From a virus (Duplodnaviria > Caudoviricetes), in IMG/VR virus record IMGVR_UViG_3300031998_000003, positions 96,001 to 160,000 of that record: a stretch of 64,000 bases of DNA; one strand, 5' to 3'. Positions 55,846-64,000 of the stretch are shown in pieces (position 1 is the first letter of the stretch; every line of letters starts with the position of its first letter). The notes beneath the pieces are model-generated. The model was not told the DNA's origin. It did not search any database and saw only the letters and a list, made by a program, of their open reading frames with translations. The position numbers were made by a program, and so were the translations under genes.

Positions 55846-56760
55846 ATGATATTATGTTCAAAGCGCGTCTTTCTGAATGTGCTCACACAACTTATGGATC
55901 TTGAGACATTGCTGAATGCAAACTATTACATCCTGGATTCTAGACCTGCAGTTGGAACGAACGCTGTCCCATGGGAAGAACAAAACTTTCCTAAATTAAA
56001 TGAACATGGTGAACTCTGTTATGACTCATCACCATCATTGGATTTCTCAAAACCCTCATCGATGACAAAATATTTCATCAAGTATGAGAATGTATTGAAT
56101 CCAGCACCGTTCCTCACAATTCTCCAAGCAGGTGTCCAGAATGATTATACGTCTCCGATGGAGAGATTCACAAGTTATCTTCGTGAAACGGATACCCAGA
56201 TTTCAGTATATCAGTTTCTGTTTATGTCAAAGCTTCAGGGTAATGGTTTACAGATTCTGATAATGACAGACGATCAATCGACAGAAGATTATGGCGCGAC
56301 AATTGCATCGTATCTGTCCGAAGTATTTGGCGCAGATATAACGTTTGTTGATCCACAATATCGTCCGAACACGATAGGTCAGGTTGAGTATAAGGGAAAC
56401 AAGGTGTTTGCACAGAAACATATCTCCGAGCTACGTGATGTCATGCTATTAACGAACTTCCAGAATGCTGTGACGCAATCAGCGTTTGGTGGTGGAGAGA
56501 ATAACATCATGCAATTCCTGAATCCGATGGATTTTGAACAGCTGATGTATCTGTATCAAAAGCTATTCCCGAATGCTCCATTGAAACCCGGTCGATATAC
56601 GACAGATCATATCAAGCGAATCATCATAGGTCGTGTGATGCAGAGCCTCGGAATTCAATCCGGTGAAAGTTTGATGGACAAAATGGATATTCCGTGGACA
56701 GCATTCGACGAGCTTGCTGGACTATATTCACCGGAAGCAGACTTCTCTGACATATCATAA
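55846..56760 (+). CDS. hypothetical protein
   Basis: AAGGAG RBS; promoter-like motif at about 55816. Confidence 0.7.
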   Translation: MILCSKRVFLNVLTQLMDLETLLNANYYILDSRPAVGTNAVPWEEQNFPKLNEHGELCYDSSPSLDFSKPSSMTKYFIKYENVLNPAPFLTILQAGVQNDYTSPMERFTSYLRETDTQISVYQFLFMSKLQGNGLQILIMTDDQSTEDYGATIASYLSEVFGADITFVDPQYRPNTIGQVEYKGNKVFAQKHISELRDVMLLTNFQNAVTQSAFGGGENNIMQFLNPMDFEQLMYLYQKLFPNAPLKPGRYTTDHIKRIIIGRVMQSLGIQSGESLMDKMDIPWTAFDELAGLYSPEADFSDIS

Positions 56761-56764
56761 GTGA

Positions 56765-56800
56765 TGGGGCGCATATGCGCCCCAATCTCTTTTTTTTTTT
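56765..56800 (+). terminator. intrinsic terminator
   Basis: TGGGGCGC-ATAT-GCGCCCCA followed by a T run. Confidence 0.8.
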
Positions 56801-56854
56801 GATTCGATTATGGCAAAACGAAAACGTAACAATTTCTAGGAAAGGAAGGTTTCT

Positions 56855-59827
56855 ATGCTAACTTTTCAATCTCAAAAGTCACGTTCAAAGAATCCAATGT
56901 CGGAATATCTGTTGAAGCTGCAATTGATCGTCAGCAATACAGAATTCAAGAATGCCGAAGAAGCTCGCAAATATGAGACACTTGAATCAAAGCTGGATGG
57001 TGAGAAGTATTGCAGAGCAAAAAATAAAACCGATATATTTGAATCATATGAGTATGATGGAAGAGCGGTTTACTCACTTTTGATCGATCTGGGATATTCT
57101 TCCGATGCAGCATACAAAATGATCCAAAATCAGCAGGTTATCCCGCAGCCAATTAAAGATAAACTGAAAGAGAATCGGCGAGAAGCATACATCACACAAT
57201 ACGTAGAACCAAATCCATATTACGTTGAGCTATCCGGTGTACCGTTTCCAGGATCTCTAAAGTATCCACCCGATAAAATCGTATCAATTCCAGCCGGCTT
57301 TTACAATGATTACAAATCTGAAGGCATCATTACCGAGAGCATGCCGGTTCACGAGATGCCAAAGAAATATCAAGATCTTCTGATAAACAGTCCATATTAT
57401 GATGATCTATTGAAGGATCATCCGGATGCAGTATATCTCAAATACATCGGATCAAAGGCTATTCCGATTGAAACCTCACGTATGGCAAAAGATGGCGATA
57501 TCATGCGAATTGATACAAACCATCTTACAACAAATCACGGTGTATTCGGTACTGTTACAGTTGAACCCGACATCATTCATCTGTTCACGAATGTGTATGG
57601 AGAAACACGTCGATATGTATATGACACTTTACGAGGTGACTTCTCCGATATCTATCCAAACTACAATGACTTTATCCGGTTCTTGACAATCTATATGTCG
57701 ATCGGTGGTTGTTTGAATGAATTGATGCGGAAGTCGGTATCAATGATTCATATGAATACATCTACCGCAAATGATTTCTTTATGCTGTACGGACTTCCAT
57801 CAGTGATCATGGAAGGTCCATCAATGATTTCATTCTTGAAACAATTCAGATTGATCCTGATGGACAAAGGTACAAACATTGTCTATCGTGTGAAAGATCT
57901 GATTGGATATGAATACACCGATATCTACACATTGGTCATGGTCAAACAACAAGTATTTGATGACTATGGTAATCCTGTGTATAAAGATGGTAAGCCTGTA
58001 CAGAATATCGTATTTAGAAGACTCGGAACCACTGATGACAATACGTCGTACTTCAAGTACAAAGATTCAAAAGAAACTTATACGCTTGAAGAGATCACAT
58101 CCGGAGATCCAAGATGGTGGAACACAGAAGAAGTAGAACATATGTTGAATGATATGAACTACACACTTTCGAATTCCAAATACATTCAGCTCTCAACGCA
58201 TATGTCAATGACTGACATCTATTGGCAGTGCATTATTTTGATTCGTGGATTGCTGGACAATCGTTTTGAAACTCAGTACATCAATTTGAATGTTGGTGTG
58301 AATCTGAAAAACGACAATAAGGTTTCTGTGTTTGAAGCGGTTCTCATTCTAGAGATCCTTATGAACTGGCACTTCAATACAGCTGCAGGCAGAACGCTCC
58401 GTGGAGATATGTATCGTCCGAGCACACGTATCGACGGTGTTGGTGTATGTCTGGATATGTTATTTGATGGATTGAATGAAGATGGTTCGCCGAAACCTTT
58501 AGTCGAAGGGCACCCATTCAAGATCAGTTCATTTAACTTCAATCTGAAACGTCTGAATCCTGAATTTTACGAATCCATTCAGAAAATGGATTATCTTGAA
58601 CCGAATGTATTGCTTCCGATGCTTGATGCAGTTATGGATCGTGAAGACCTGAATATCGGTGAAATCATCATGACCCAATGCCGTGAGATTTATGATTATC
58701 TGGTATTGAAGCTTAGAGACACTCGTACAATACAAGAATTCCGTCAAGTAACCGATCTATTCAAAGAGCTGTTCCTTGTGGATCCAATCAGAGACACATG
58801 GTTCGATGATGGAGATCCAACAATGAACATTCAAGATTATCTGATGAACGAGTACAATGTCACCGGATATGATTTAAATGTTCTTCATGATCTCACCAAA
58901 GGTCCTGAAGGTGATATCTCTTTCCCATATATTATTGATTCCGAGATCTATGATCCAGATACAGGTATGGTTACCGTCAATGTCGGTAAAATTCTGAGCT
59001 ATGACGCATATGAGGAATTTTCTGATCCAAACTTCGTATCAGCATTCGAGCAAGCGTTATTTGCCAGAGATGATACTGGGGAAGAAAAATGGAAATATGA
59101 TTTCTCCGGAAAGATTGTATCGCGTAATATCAAAGCAAACTACAAGAACATCATTCGCGATACGGTTGAACTGGAATCCGGTAATGACATTGCTGGGCCT
59201 AAGACATTTGAAGTGCTTCTGTTCCGCGAAGATCCTGAGATGTATCAATACATGCGGTCGTTAAAAGAAAACGGTGATTCGTTGTTGATTGTCATGCGTT
59301 CAATCATCAAAGCTCTAGAACAATACACGCAGTCGACACTGCATGCGCTTGAATTCTCAGCACTTGGAAGAGAGGATTATTTCAAGATCCTGAAGGAAGT
59401 CATTACATACTTCAAATCATACATGGTTGAATTTTCAAAGGATGAATTTGTGTTCATCTTTGACGGTTTCTTTGATCAGGGTGGTAATTCAAATATGCTG
59501 AAACTGTACGATGAAAACACCAAGATCAAACTCAAAATGAGACCAGTGGATTCTTTGACATTACATGATGCATCATATGCAAAGGTTCATGAGCATTATG
59601 CTGACAAAGGATTGATGACAATGTATGATGAGATTCTGGTTCGTCATCGTCTACCATATCGCGGTATCAAACAACTGGGATATCCGATTCTGTTTGATAC
59701 AGGTGGAAGAATCAGTCACGATGAACCAAGACCAATTTCGAATGATGAAAAACTACCATTCTCGATATACGAAAAACAATTCGGTGATTCAACACTTCGA
59801 GAAATCACAGTTTATCTTCCTGATTAA
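56855..59827 (+). CDS. large protein, probably virion structural
   Basis: 990 aa; YVEPNPYY.EL.G and L..KGT segments recall jumbo-phage baseplate proteins; weak. Confidence 0.5.
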   Translation: MLTFQSQKSRSKNPMSEYLLKLQLIVSNTEFKNAEEARKYETLESKLDGEKYCRAKNKTDIFESYEYDGRAVYSLLIDLGYSSDAAYKMIQNQQVIPQPIKDKLKENRREAYITQYVEPNPYYVELSGVPFPGSLKYPPDKIVSIPAGFYNDYKSEGIITESMPVHEMPKKYQDLLINSPYYDDLLKDHPDAVYLKYIGSKAIPIETSRMAKDGDIMRIDTNHLTTNHGVFGTVTVEPDIIHLFTNVYGETRRYVYDTLRGDFSDIYPNYNDFIRFLTIYMSIGGCLNELMRKSVSMIHMNTSTANDFFMLYGLPSVIMEGPSMISFLKQFRLILMDKGTNIVYRVKDLIGYEYTDIYTLVMVKQQVFDDYGNPVYKDGKPVQNIVFRRLGTTDDNTSYFKYKDSKETYTLEEITSGDPRWWNTEEVEHMLNDMNYTLSNSKYIQLSTHMSMTDIYWQCIILIRGLLDNRFETQYINLNVGVNLKNDNKVSVFEAVLILEILMNWHFNTAAGRTLRGDMYRPSTRIDGVGVCLDMLFDGLNEDGSPKPLVEGHPFKISSFNFNLKRLNPEFYESIQKMDYLEPNVLLPMLDAVMDREDLNIGEIIMTQCREIYDYLVLKLRDTRTIQEFRQVTDLFKELFLVDPIRDTWFDDGDPTMNIQDYLMNEYNVTGYDLNVLHDLTKGPEGDISFPYIIDSEIYDPDTGMVTVNVGKILSYDAYEEFSDPNFVSAFEQALFARDDTGEEKWKYDFSGKIVSRNIKANYKNIIRDTVELESGNDIAGPKTFEVLLFREDPEMYQYMRSLKENGDSLLIVMRSIIKALEQYTQSTLHALEFSALGREDYFKILKEVITYFKSYMVEFSKDEFVFIFDGFFDQGGNSNMLKLYDENTKIKLKMRPVDSLTLHDASYAKVHEHYADKGLMTMYDEILVRHRLPYRGIKQLGYPILFDTGGRISHDEPRPISNDEKLPFSIYEKQFGDSTLREITVYLPD

Positions 59828-59846
59828 AAAAAAAAAGAATAATAGA

Positions 59847-59869
59847 GGGGACGCGCAATGCGCGTCCCC
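59847..59869 (-). terminator. terminator between convergent genes
   Basis: GGGGACGCGC-AAT-GCGCGTCCCC with an A run on the + strand to its left. Confidence 0.7.
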
Positions 59870-59875
59870 ATCATA

Positions 59876-60358
59876 TCACGGATTCATGGGCGGATTCTGC
59901 GCCTGCTGCTGAGCGATGACCGCATTGATCGCGGTTTGCATCTGATTCAGTGCAACATAGCCGGGAGCCTGAGGTGTCTGTGAATTGGGTGTCACAGCTG
60001 CACCACAGACTGAGCAGAATTTTGAATTTGCATTTTTAAGCAGTGCCCCGCAGCTGGTGCATGTGCCAGGCATGTTCGCCTTAATCTGACCGGCCATGAG
60101 TTTTACAACTTCATTGAATGCTGCAGTGTAAGTGATCAGATCTTCACCGCAGTTCGGGCAGAACTTCTCAGTGGTGTCAACTGCAGCGTTGCACGACGGG
60201 CAGCTGAAGCGAAGCCCAGCGTTCTGCTGATGATTACCGCAATTGCAGCGGTTGAAGCCACCGTTCTTTTTGATGTTGTGGTCTACAGCCACAAATGCAC
60301 CGGATGTACCAGCGCCAAGGAATGCTGCAATCAGTGCAGACAGTGTGATCGGATCCAT
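59876..60358 (-). CDS. membrane-anchored double zinc ribbon protein
   Basis: N-terminal hydrophobic segment; CPSC..FCPNCG; CTSCG..FCSVCG. Confidence 0.75.
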   Translation of the reverse strand: MDPITLSALIAAFLGAGTSGAFVAVDHNIKKNGGFNRCNCGNHQQNAGLRFSCPSCNAAVDTTEKFCPNCGEDLITYTAAFNEVVKLMAGQIKANMPGTCTSCGALLKNANSKFCSVCGAAVTPNSQTPQAPGYVALNQMQTAINAVIAQQQAQNPPMNP

Positions 60359-60474
60359 AGGGACCCTCCTTTCATAAATAAGCCCTTACGGGCAAAGCAT
60401 TGTGGCTCATCTAAACGCGATGAGCCACTCTTCAAGAAGTGATACAATTTCGATGAAAAGCATGTTATCACTCC

Positions 60475-60669
60475 TCATCTCATTGTGTCCGGCAGCGGGC
60501 TGTAATCCATGCCCAGCCCTGCAAGTGACGTGCTGTTGTCAGCATCACAATCAGCATCACGGTTGCTCGTGATCAGGTAGGTGACACCGACTGCCACGCC
60601 TGCTGCCAGAAGTGCGGATCCCAATACGATACCTGTGATCTTAAGGGCCTCTTTAGTCTGATCGCTCAT
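60475..60669 (-). CDS. small membrane protein
   Basis: AAGGAG RBS; single TM helix. Confidence 0.65.
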   Translation of the reverse strand: MSDQTKEALKITGIVLGSALLAAGVAVGVTYLITSNRDADCDADNSTSLAGLGMDYSPLPDTMR

Positions 60670-60792
60670 GATTTTCTCCTTCCCGCACCACCGCATTGAT
60701 TTGCGGTATCATGATGGTGCATTAAAATATTATAGGAACACACAACGAATTCAGACCCACAGCCAAAGCTTTTGCTAAGGATTCTCGGATCT

Positions 60793-60819
60793 TTATTCAC
60801 ATTAATAATATATAGATAG
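60793..60819 (-). promoter_or_regulatory. phage promoter motif
   Basis: Identical to 40373-40399. Confidence 0.7.
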
Positions 60820-60870
60820 ATATAAAAAATAATAGGAAAATAAGGGGTGGGGCAAAAGCCCCACCACACA

Positions 60871-63426
60871 TTATTGTTGATTTTTAATGATTTCTGATAT
60901 ATCTACCGTGGATACAATATGACTTAATTGGTCTTTATGAAGGTTATGTGAGATAATGAACATCTGCTCCATTCCGAGAGATGCCATCATGTTTGATAAC
61001 ATCAAAATGAAATCATCTCGGAATGATGAATCCAGATATGCGTCAATTTCATCAACCAGTGGCACATTGTACTGTGTCAACGATGATGCAAGTGACAATG
61101 ACAAAGCCAACGATAATAATGTCGATTCTGACTGAGAACCATACTTGATATCAGCAGAGTGATTTCCACCACATCTGAATGGCAACGTGAACTGTGTCTC
61201 ATCTATAACGGGACGTAATAGTTCGATCTCGTCGTCATACATTACATTCAACAGTCTATTTGCTGTACTGATAGCGCGATCAACTGTATCTCTGATCGCA
61301 AGTACCGGAATGCCTTTTGTCGATGAAGTGGCTTCAGCAATCACTTTGTAACGTTCATCATTTGCCGTATGTGTCTCAATCTCTGCAGACGTCTTGACAT
61401 ATTGATCAAACGCCTTTTCCAATCGATCAAGTTCTTCCTGTAAGACATTTGCTGTACGGGTTGTTTGTTGATACTTTTCGTAGAGCTGATTATACTCACC
61501 GATAGCAACATTATGTTTATCAACAAGCTTTGACAGCTGTGAAATCTTTGTCTCAATACTGTTGATATCAATCTTTTGAATAGACGCAATCACCATCCGT
61601 TTCCTGTCACTCTCTGATATCGTATCGGACATCTGGGCTATTTCTCGTTCTAATTGAAGTTTGCTGTCTTCTTTAATACGAATTAATTGTTTAACAGCAT
61701 CAACATCATCGTCAGTATCAATCGTCAATGACACATTTTTCTTCATGACTTCCAGTGTATGTTGAGAATCTGTGTACTGTTTGATGTACTGATTGAGTTG
61801 CTCTTGTTTTGTAGCTTCTTCAATCATATACTTCAAATAGTCAACGTCGATACCAAGCTTTCCATCAAGAAGATTTGTCATAATGGTTTTGATGTTGAAC
61901 ATTCCACACAGATCATCCGGTAAATCCATACCAATCAGACGCTTGATTGTAAGCACGTTCTTATATGCATGATCCATCTGTTCCAGATCATATCTGGTAA
62001 ACTTACCTTTGGATGTCGCATGGAATGCTTTGAAATACGTCTGCAATGAATCAGCCTGTTTCCGATACAGACATTTCGGATAGTGACAATCCGTAGGGAT
62101 ATCACCTTCAACGGATTGTAGCATTGAATGAATGTATGATATGATAGACTTCTCTTTTTCGGAATCCATCAAAGAAGCACCTTCCGTCATCAGTACTGCT
62201 GATACATCTACATTCTCCAGAATCATCTTCACCAGAAGCTCCAGGTGTTCATGCGTCAACGATGACACGATCTCCTGACAAGATGTGTTCACAGACTGCG
62301 CAACTGACATCATTCCAAACATGAACTGAGACGATGCGCTCACATGAAGTTCAATATGAATTGAGTCAATCTTGTTCTTTAGATCTGCAACAAATCGCTC
62401 CATATCTTCATAGTCTGATTTGGATTTCTGAATTTGCTGAATGATAGATTCAATGTTGTGTTGTTTCTCATACAAGCCATCGATTTCATTCATTAATATA
62501 GAACGATCTGCTTTCATTTGAGATAACTGTTGATTGAGCTGAATCTGTTCATCAACCAGCTTATCATACATCGATGGATCATATGTTCCACCCATTTCAG
62601 CGACGGCATTTTTGTATGATGCACGCTGATTATTGAGCTGATACATCTCGCCTTCTGGATTCTGTTGTTCGATGGTTTGAATCGTTCCAAATAATGCATC
62701 CATTCGGGATTTCATCTGCTGTAGTTCATACAGCATTTTGTCGTATTCAGCACGTTTCGTATCCAGTGTTGCAAACAGTGTTTCATATGATCCATATGTC
62801 TGCAAGAGATATTCCTTTGTATGGTTGAGTGACGTGATGAGTTTATTCGTGAACCGATAATCCTCGGTGGCAAGCTTATGGATCTTATCATAGATATCAA
62901 TACCCATAGCTTTGTTCAACAGATTCTTACGTTGGGTCATTCCCATACCGGCGAACGACGTCAAATTCGTTCCATTAATAATGAATTGGAATATATACTT
63001 ATTTATACCCATGATCTTCTCTATTAATGAATTGAAGGACGTTACACCACCACTTGGATTTAACTCTTCACCGTTATACATGATTGATGAAGATACAGTA
63101 TGTGATTTTCCAGTCGGACGATATGTGTGCGTAATCACATACACTTTTCCGTTGATTTCGTAGATGATTTTCTTACATCCGATTTCTCCCGGAAGAATCA
63201 ACGATAGATCACTACGTTCATCACCAGTCAGATTAATGGATGAGAACGGATGATGTTGCTGTATCATGACAGTCTTTCCACATCTGTTCTTACCGTATAT
63301 TTGTATGATAGGTTGCTTCATCTGGTCATATTTGAACTCAATCTCATTCAGACCTGTTGCAGCCTTGACTCCGATGAAGTTCACCAATTTCAGATAAACA
63401 ATTTTCAAGTTCTTCAGTCCTTTCAT
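60871..63426 (-). CDS. sbcC: SbcC/Rad50-like SMC ATPase
   Basis: GKNRCGKT Walker A, coiled coils around a CHYPKC hook, GSQSE signature, VDEID Walker B, ISH. Confidence 0.88.
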   Translation of the reverse strand: MKGLKNLKIVYLKLVNFIGVKAATGLNEIEFKYDQMKQPIIQIYGKNRCGKTVMIQQHHPFSSINLTGDERSDLSLILPGEIGCKKIIYEINGKVYVITHTYRPTGKSHTVSSSIMYNGEELNPSGGVTSFNSLIEKIMGINKYIFQFIINGTNLTSFAGMGMTQRKNLLNKAMGIDIYDKIHKLATEDYRFTNKLITSLNHTKEYLLQTYGSYETLFATLDTKRAEYDKMLYELQQMKSRMDALFGTIQTIEQQNPEGEMYQLNNQRASYKNAVAEMGGTYDPSMYDKLVDEQIQLNQQLSQMKADRSILMNEIDGLYEKQHNIESIIQQIQKSKSDYEDMERFVADLKNKIDSIHIELHVSASSQFMFGMMSVAQSVNTSCQEIVSSLTHEHLELLVKMILENVDVSAVLMTEGASLMDSEKEKSIISYIHSMLQSVEGDIPTDCHYPKCLYRKQADSLQTYFKAFHATSKGKFTRYDLEQMDHAYKNVLTIKRLIGMDLPDDLCGMFNIKTIMTNLLDGKLGIDVDYLKYMIEEATKQEQLNQYIKQYTDSQHTLEVMKKNVSLTIDTDDDVDAVKQLIRIKEDSKLQLEREIAQMSDTISESDRKRMVIASIQKIDINSIETKISQLSKLVDKHNVAIGEYNQLYEKYQQTTRTANVLQEELDRLEKAFDQYVKTSAEIETHTANDERYKVIAEATSSTKGIPVLAIRDTVDRAISTANRLLNVMYDDEIELLRPVIDETQFTLPFRCGGNHSADIKYGSQSESTLLSLALSLSLASSLTQYNVPLVDEIDAYLDSSFRDDFILMLSNMMASLGMEQMFIISHNLHKDQLSHIVSTVDISEIIKNQQ

Positions 63427-63559
63427 TCATTGATCATAAAAACAATATATACCTGAAATATTGTTTTACAGAACACATATATTGTTTTTGTGGATAGGGA
63501 GCGTATGGCTTGTCATATGGTTCTGAAAATCCAATACAATAACAAGGAGGAGCTTTTAA

Positions 63560-64000
63560 ATGAGCGAAGAAAACAAGGTAAATTATTCTGAACGTCGCAA
63601 GCGTTTCATGGAGACGTTCAAGGATGACCCGATCCTCACTGAAACACTGCCAAAGCTTGCTGCTGAACTGTTCTATGATGAGTTTGGTGCAAGTCTTCCG
63701 GACATTACAGGTATTCCGGTTGTATGGACAACGTTCTGGCAGCATCTCATGAGTTTCGTACATTCTCAGGAGACTGAGGAGTTCGCAGTATCTGTCTGCG
63801 GTTTCACCGTTCAGTATGTGACTGAGTATTCGGAATCGGATAAAGCGCGTAATATCGTGCCGGAACTCTATCATGAGTATATCCCGATTTTCCGCAAGAA
63901 AGATCACACAGTTGTTCCCGGTTCAAATTATAATGCTGAGTTGTCAGCAAAGTATAACGACTGGAGAACTGTCAACCTCACAGAAATCATTGACAAGGTT
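63560..64000 (+). CDS. hypothetical protein (runs off window)
   Basis: AAGGAGG RBS; open frame MSEENKVNYSERRKRF... to the window end. Confidence 0.7.
   Translation, partial: MSEENKVNYSERRKRFMETFKDDPILTETLPKLAAELFYDEFGASLPDITGIPVVWTTFWQHLMSFVHSQETEEFAVSVCGFTVQYVTEYSESDKARNIVPELYHEYIPIFRKKDHTVVPGSNYNAELSAKYNDWRTVNLTEIIDKV

Noticed and set aside
362-63907. Numerous antisense or alternate-frame ORFs (e.g. 480-1148, 45055-45843, 53751-54521, 63434-63907)
   Set aside because: They overlap better-supported genes that have an RBS and motifs
1-64000. CRISPR array, integrase or IS element
   Set aside because: No regularly spaced direct repeats and no recombinase or transposase motifs seen

Overview
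A 64-kb segment of a phiKZ/AR9-type jumbo phage genome, probably with a Firmicutes host (strong GGAGG Shine-Dalgarno sites, standard code). Recognisable proteins: NAD-dependent ligase (partial), primase, dCMP deaminase, N-terminal half of a split RNA polymerase beta subunit, GroEL-like chaperonin, DnaB helicase interrupted by a 506-nt group I intron, protein kinase-like protein, dATP/dGTP diphosphohydrolase, SbcC/Rad50 ATPase and many virion proteins. Two things stand out. (1) Three RNA-gene islands (about 18.1-21.2, 26.5-27.0 and 28.8-29.8 kb) mix normal tRNAs with anticodon-less tRNA mimics, a circularly permuted (YrlA/Y-RNA-like) cloverleaf, several closed multibranch RNAs, and a 411-nt ornate RNA containing recognisable 23S rRNA domain I helices. 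(2) A putative virion-packaged polyprotein of enzymes (papain-fold, GNAT, ART-like, transglutaminase-like) has most of its module boundaries marked by a recurring x-Q-E motif, which is shared with neighbouring head proteins and is a candidate prohead-protease site. All calls come from motif reading by eye; no database searches or folding programs were run.
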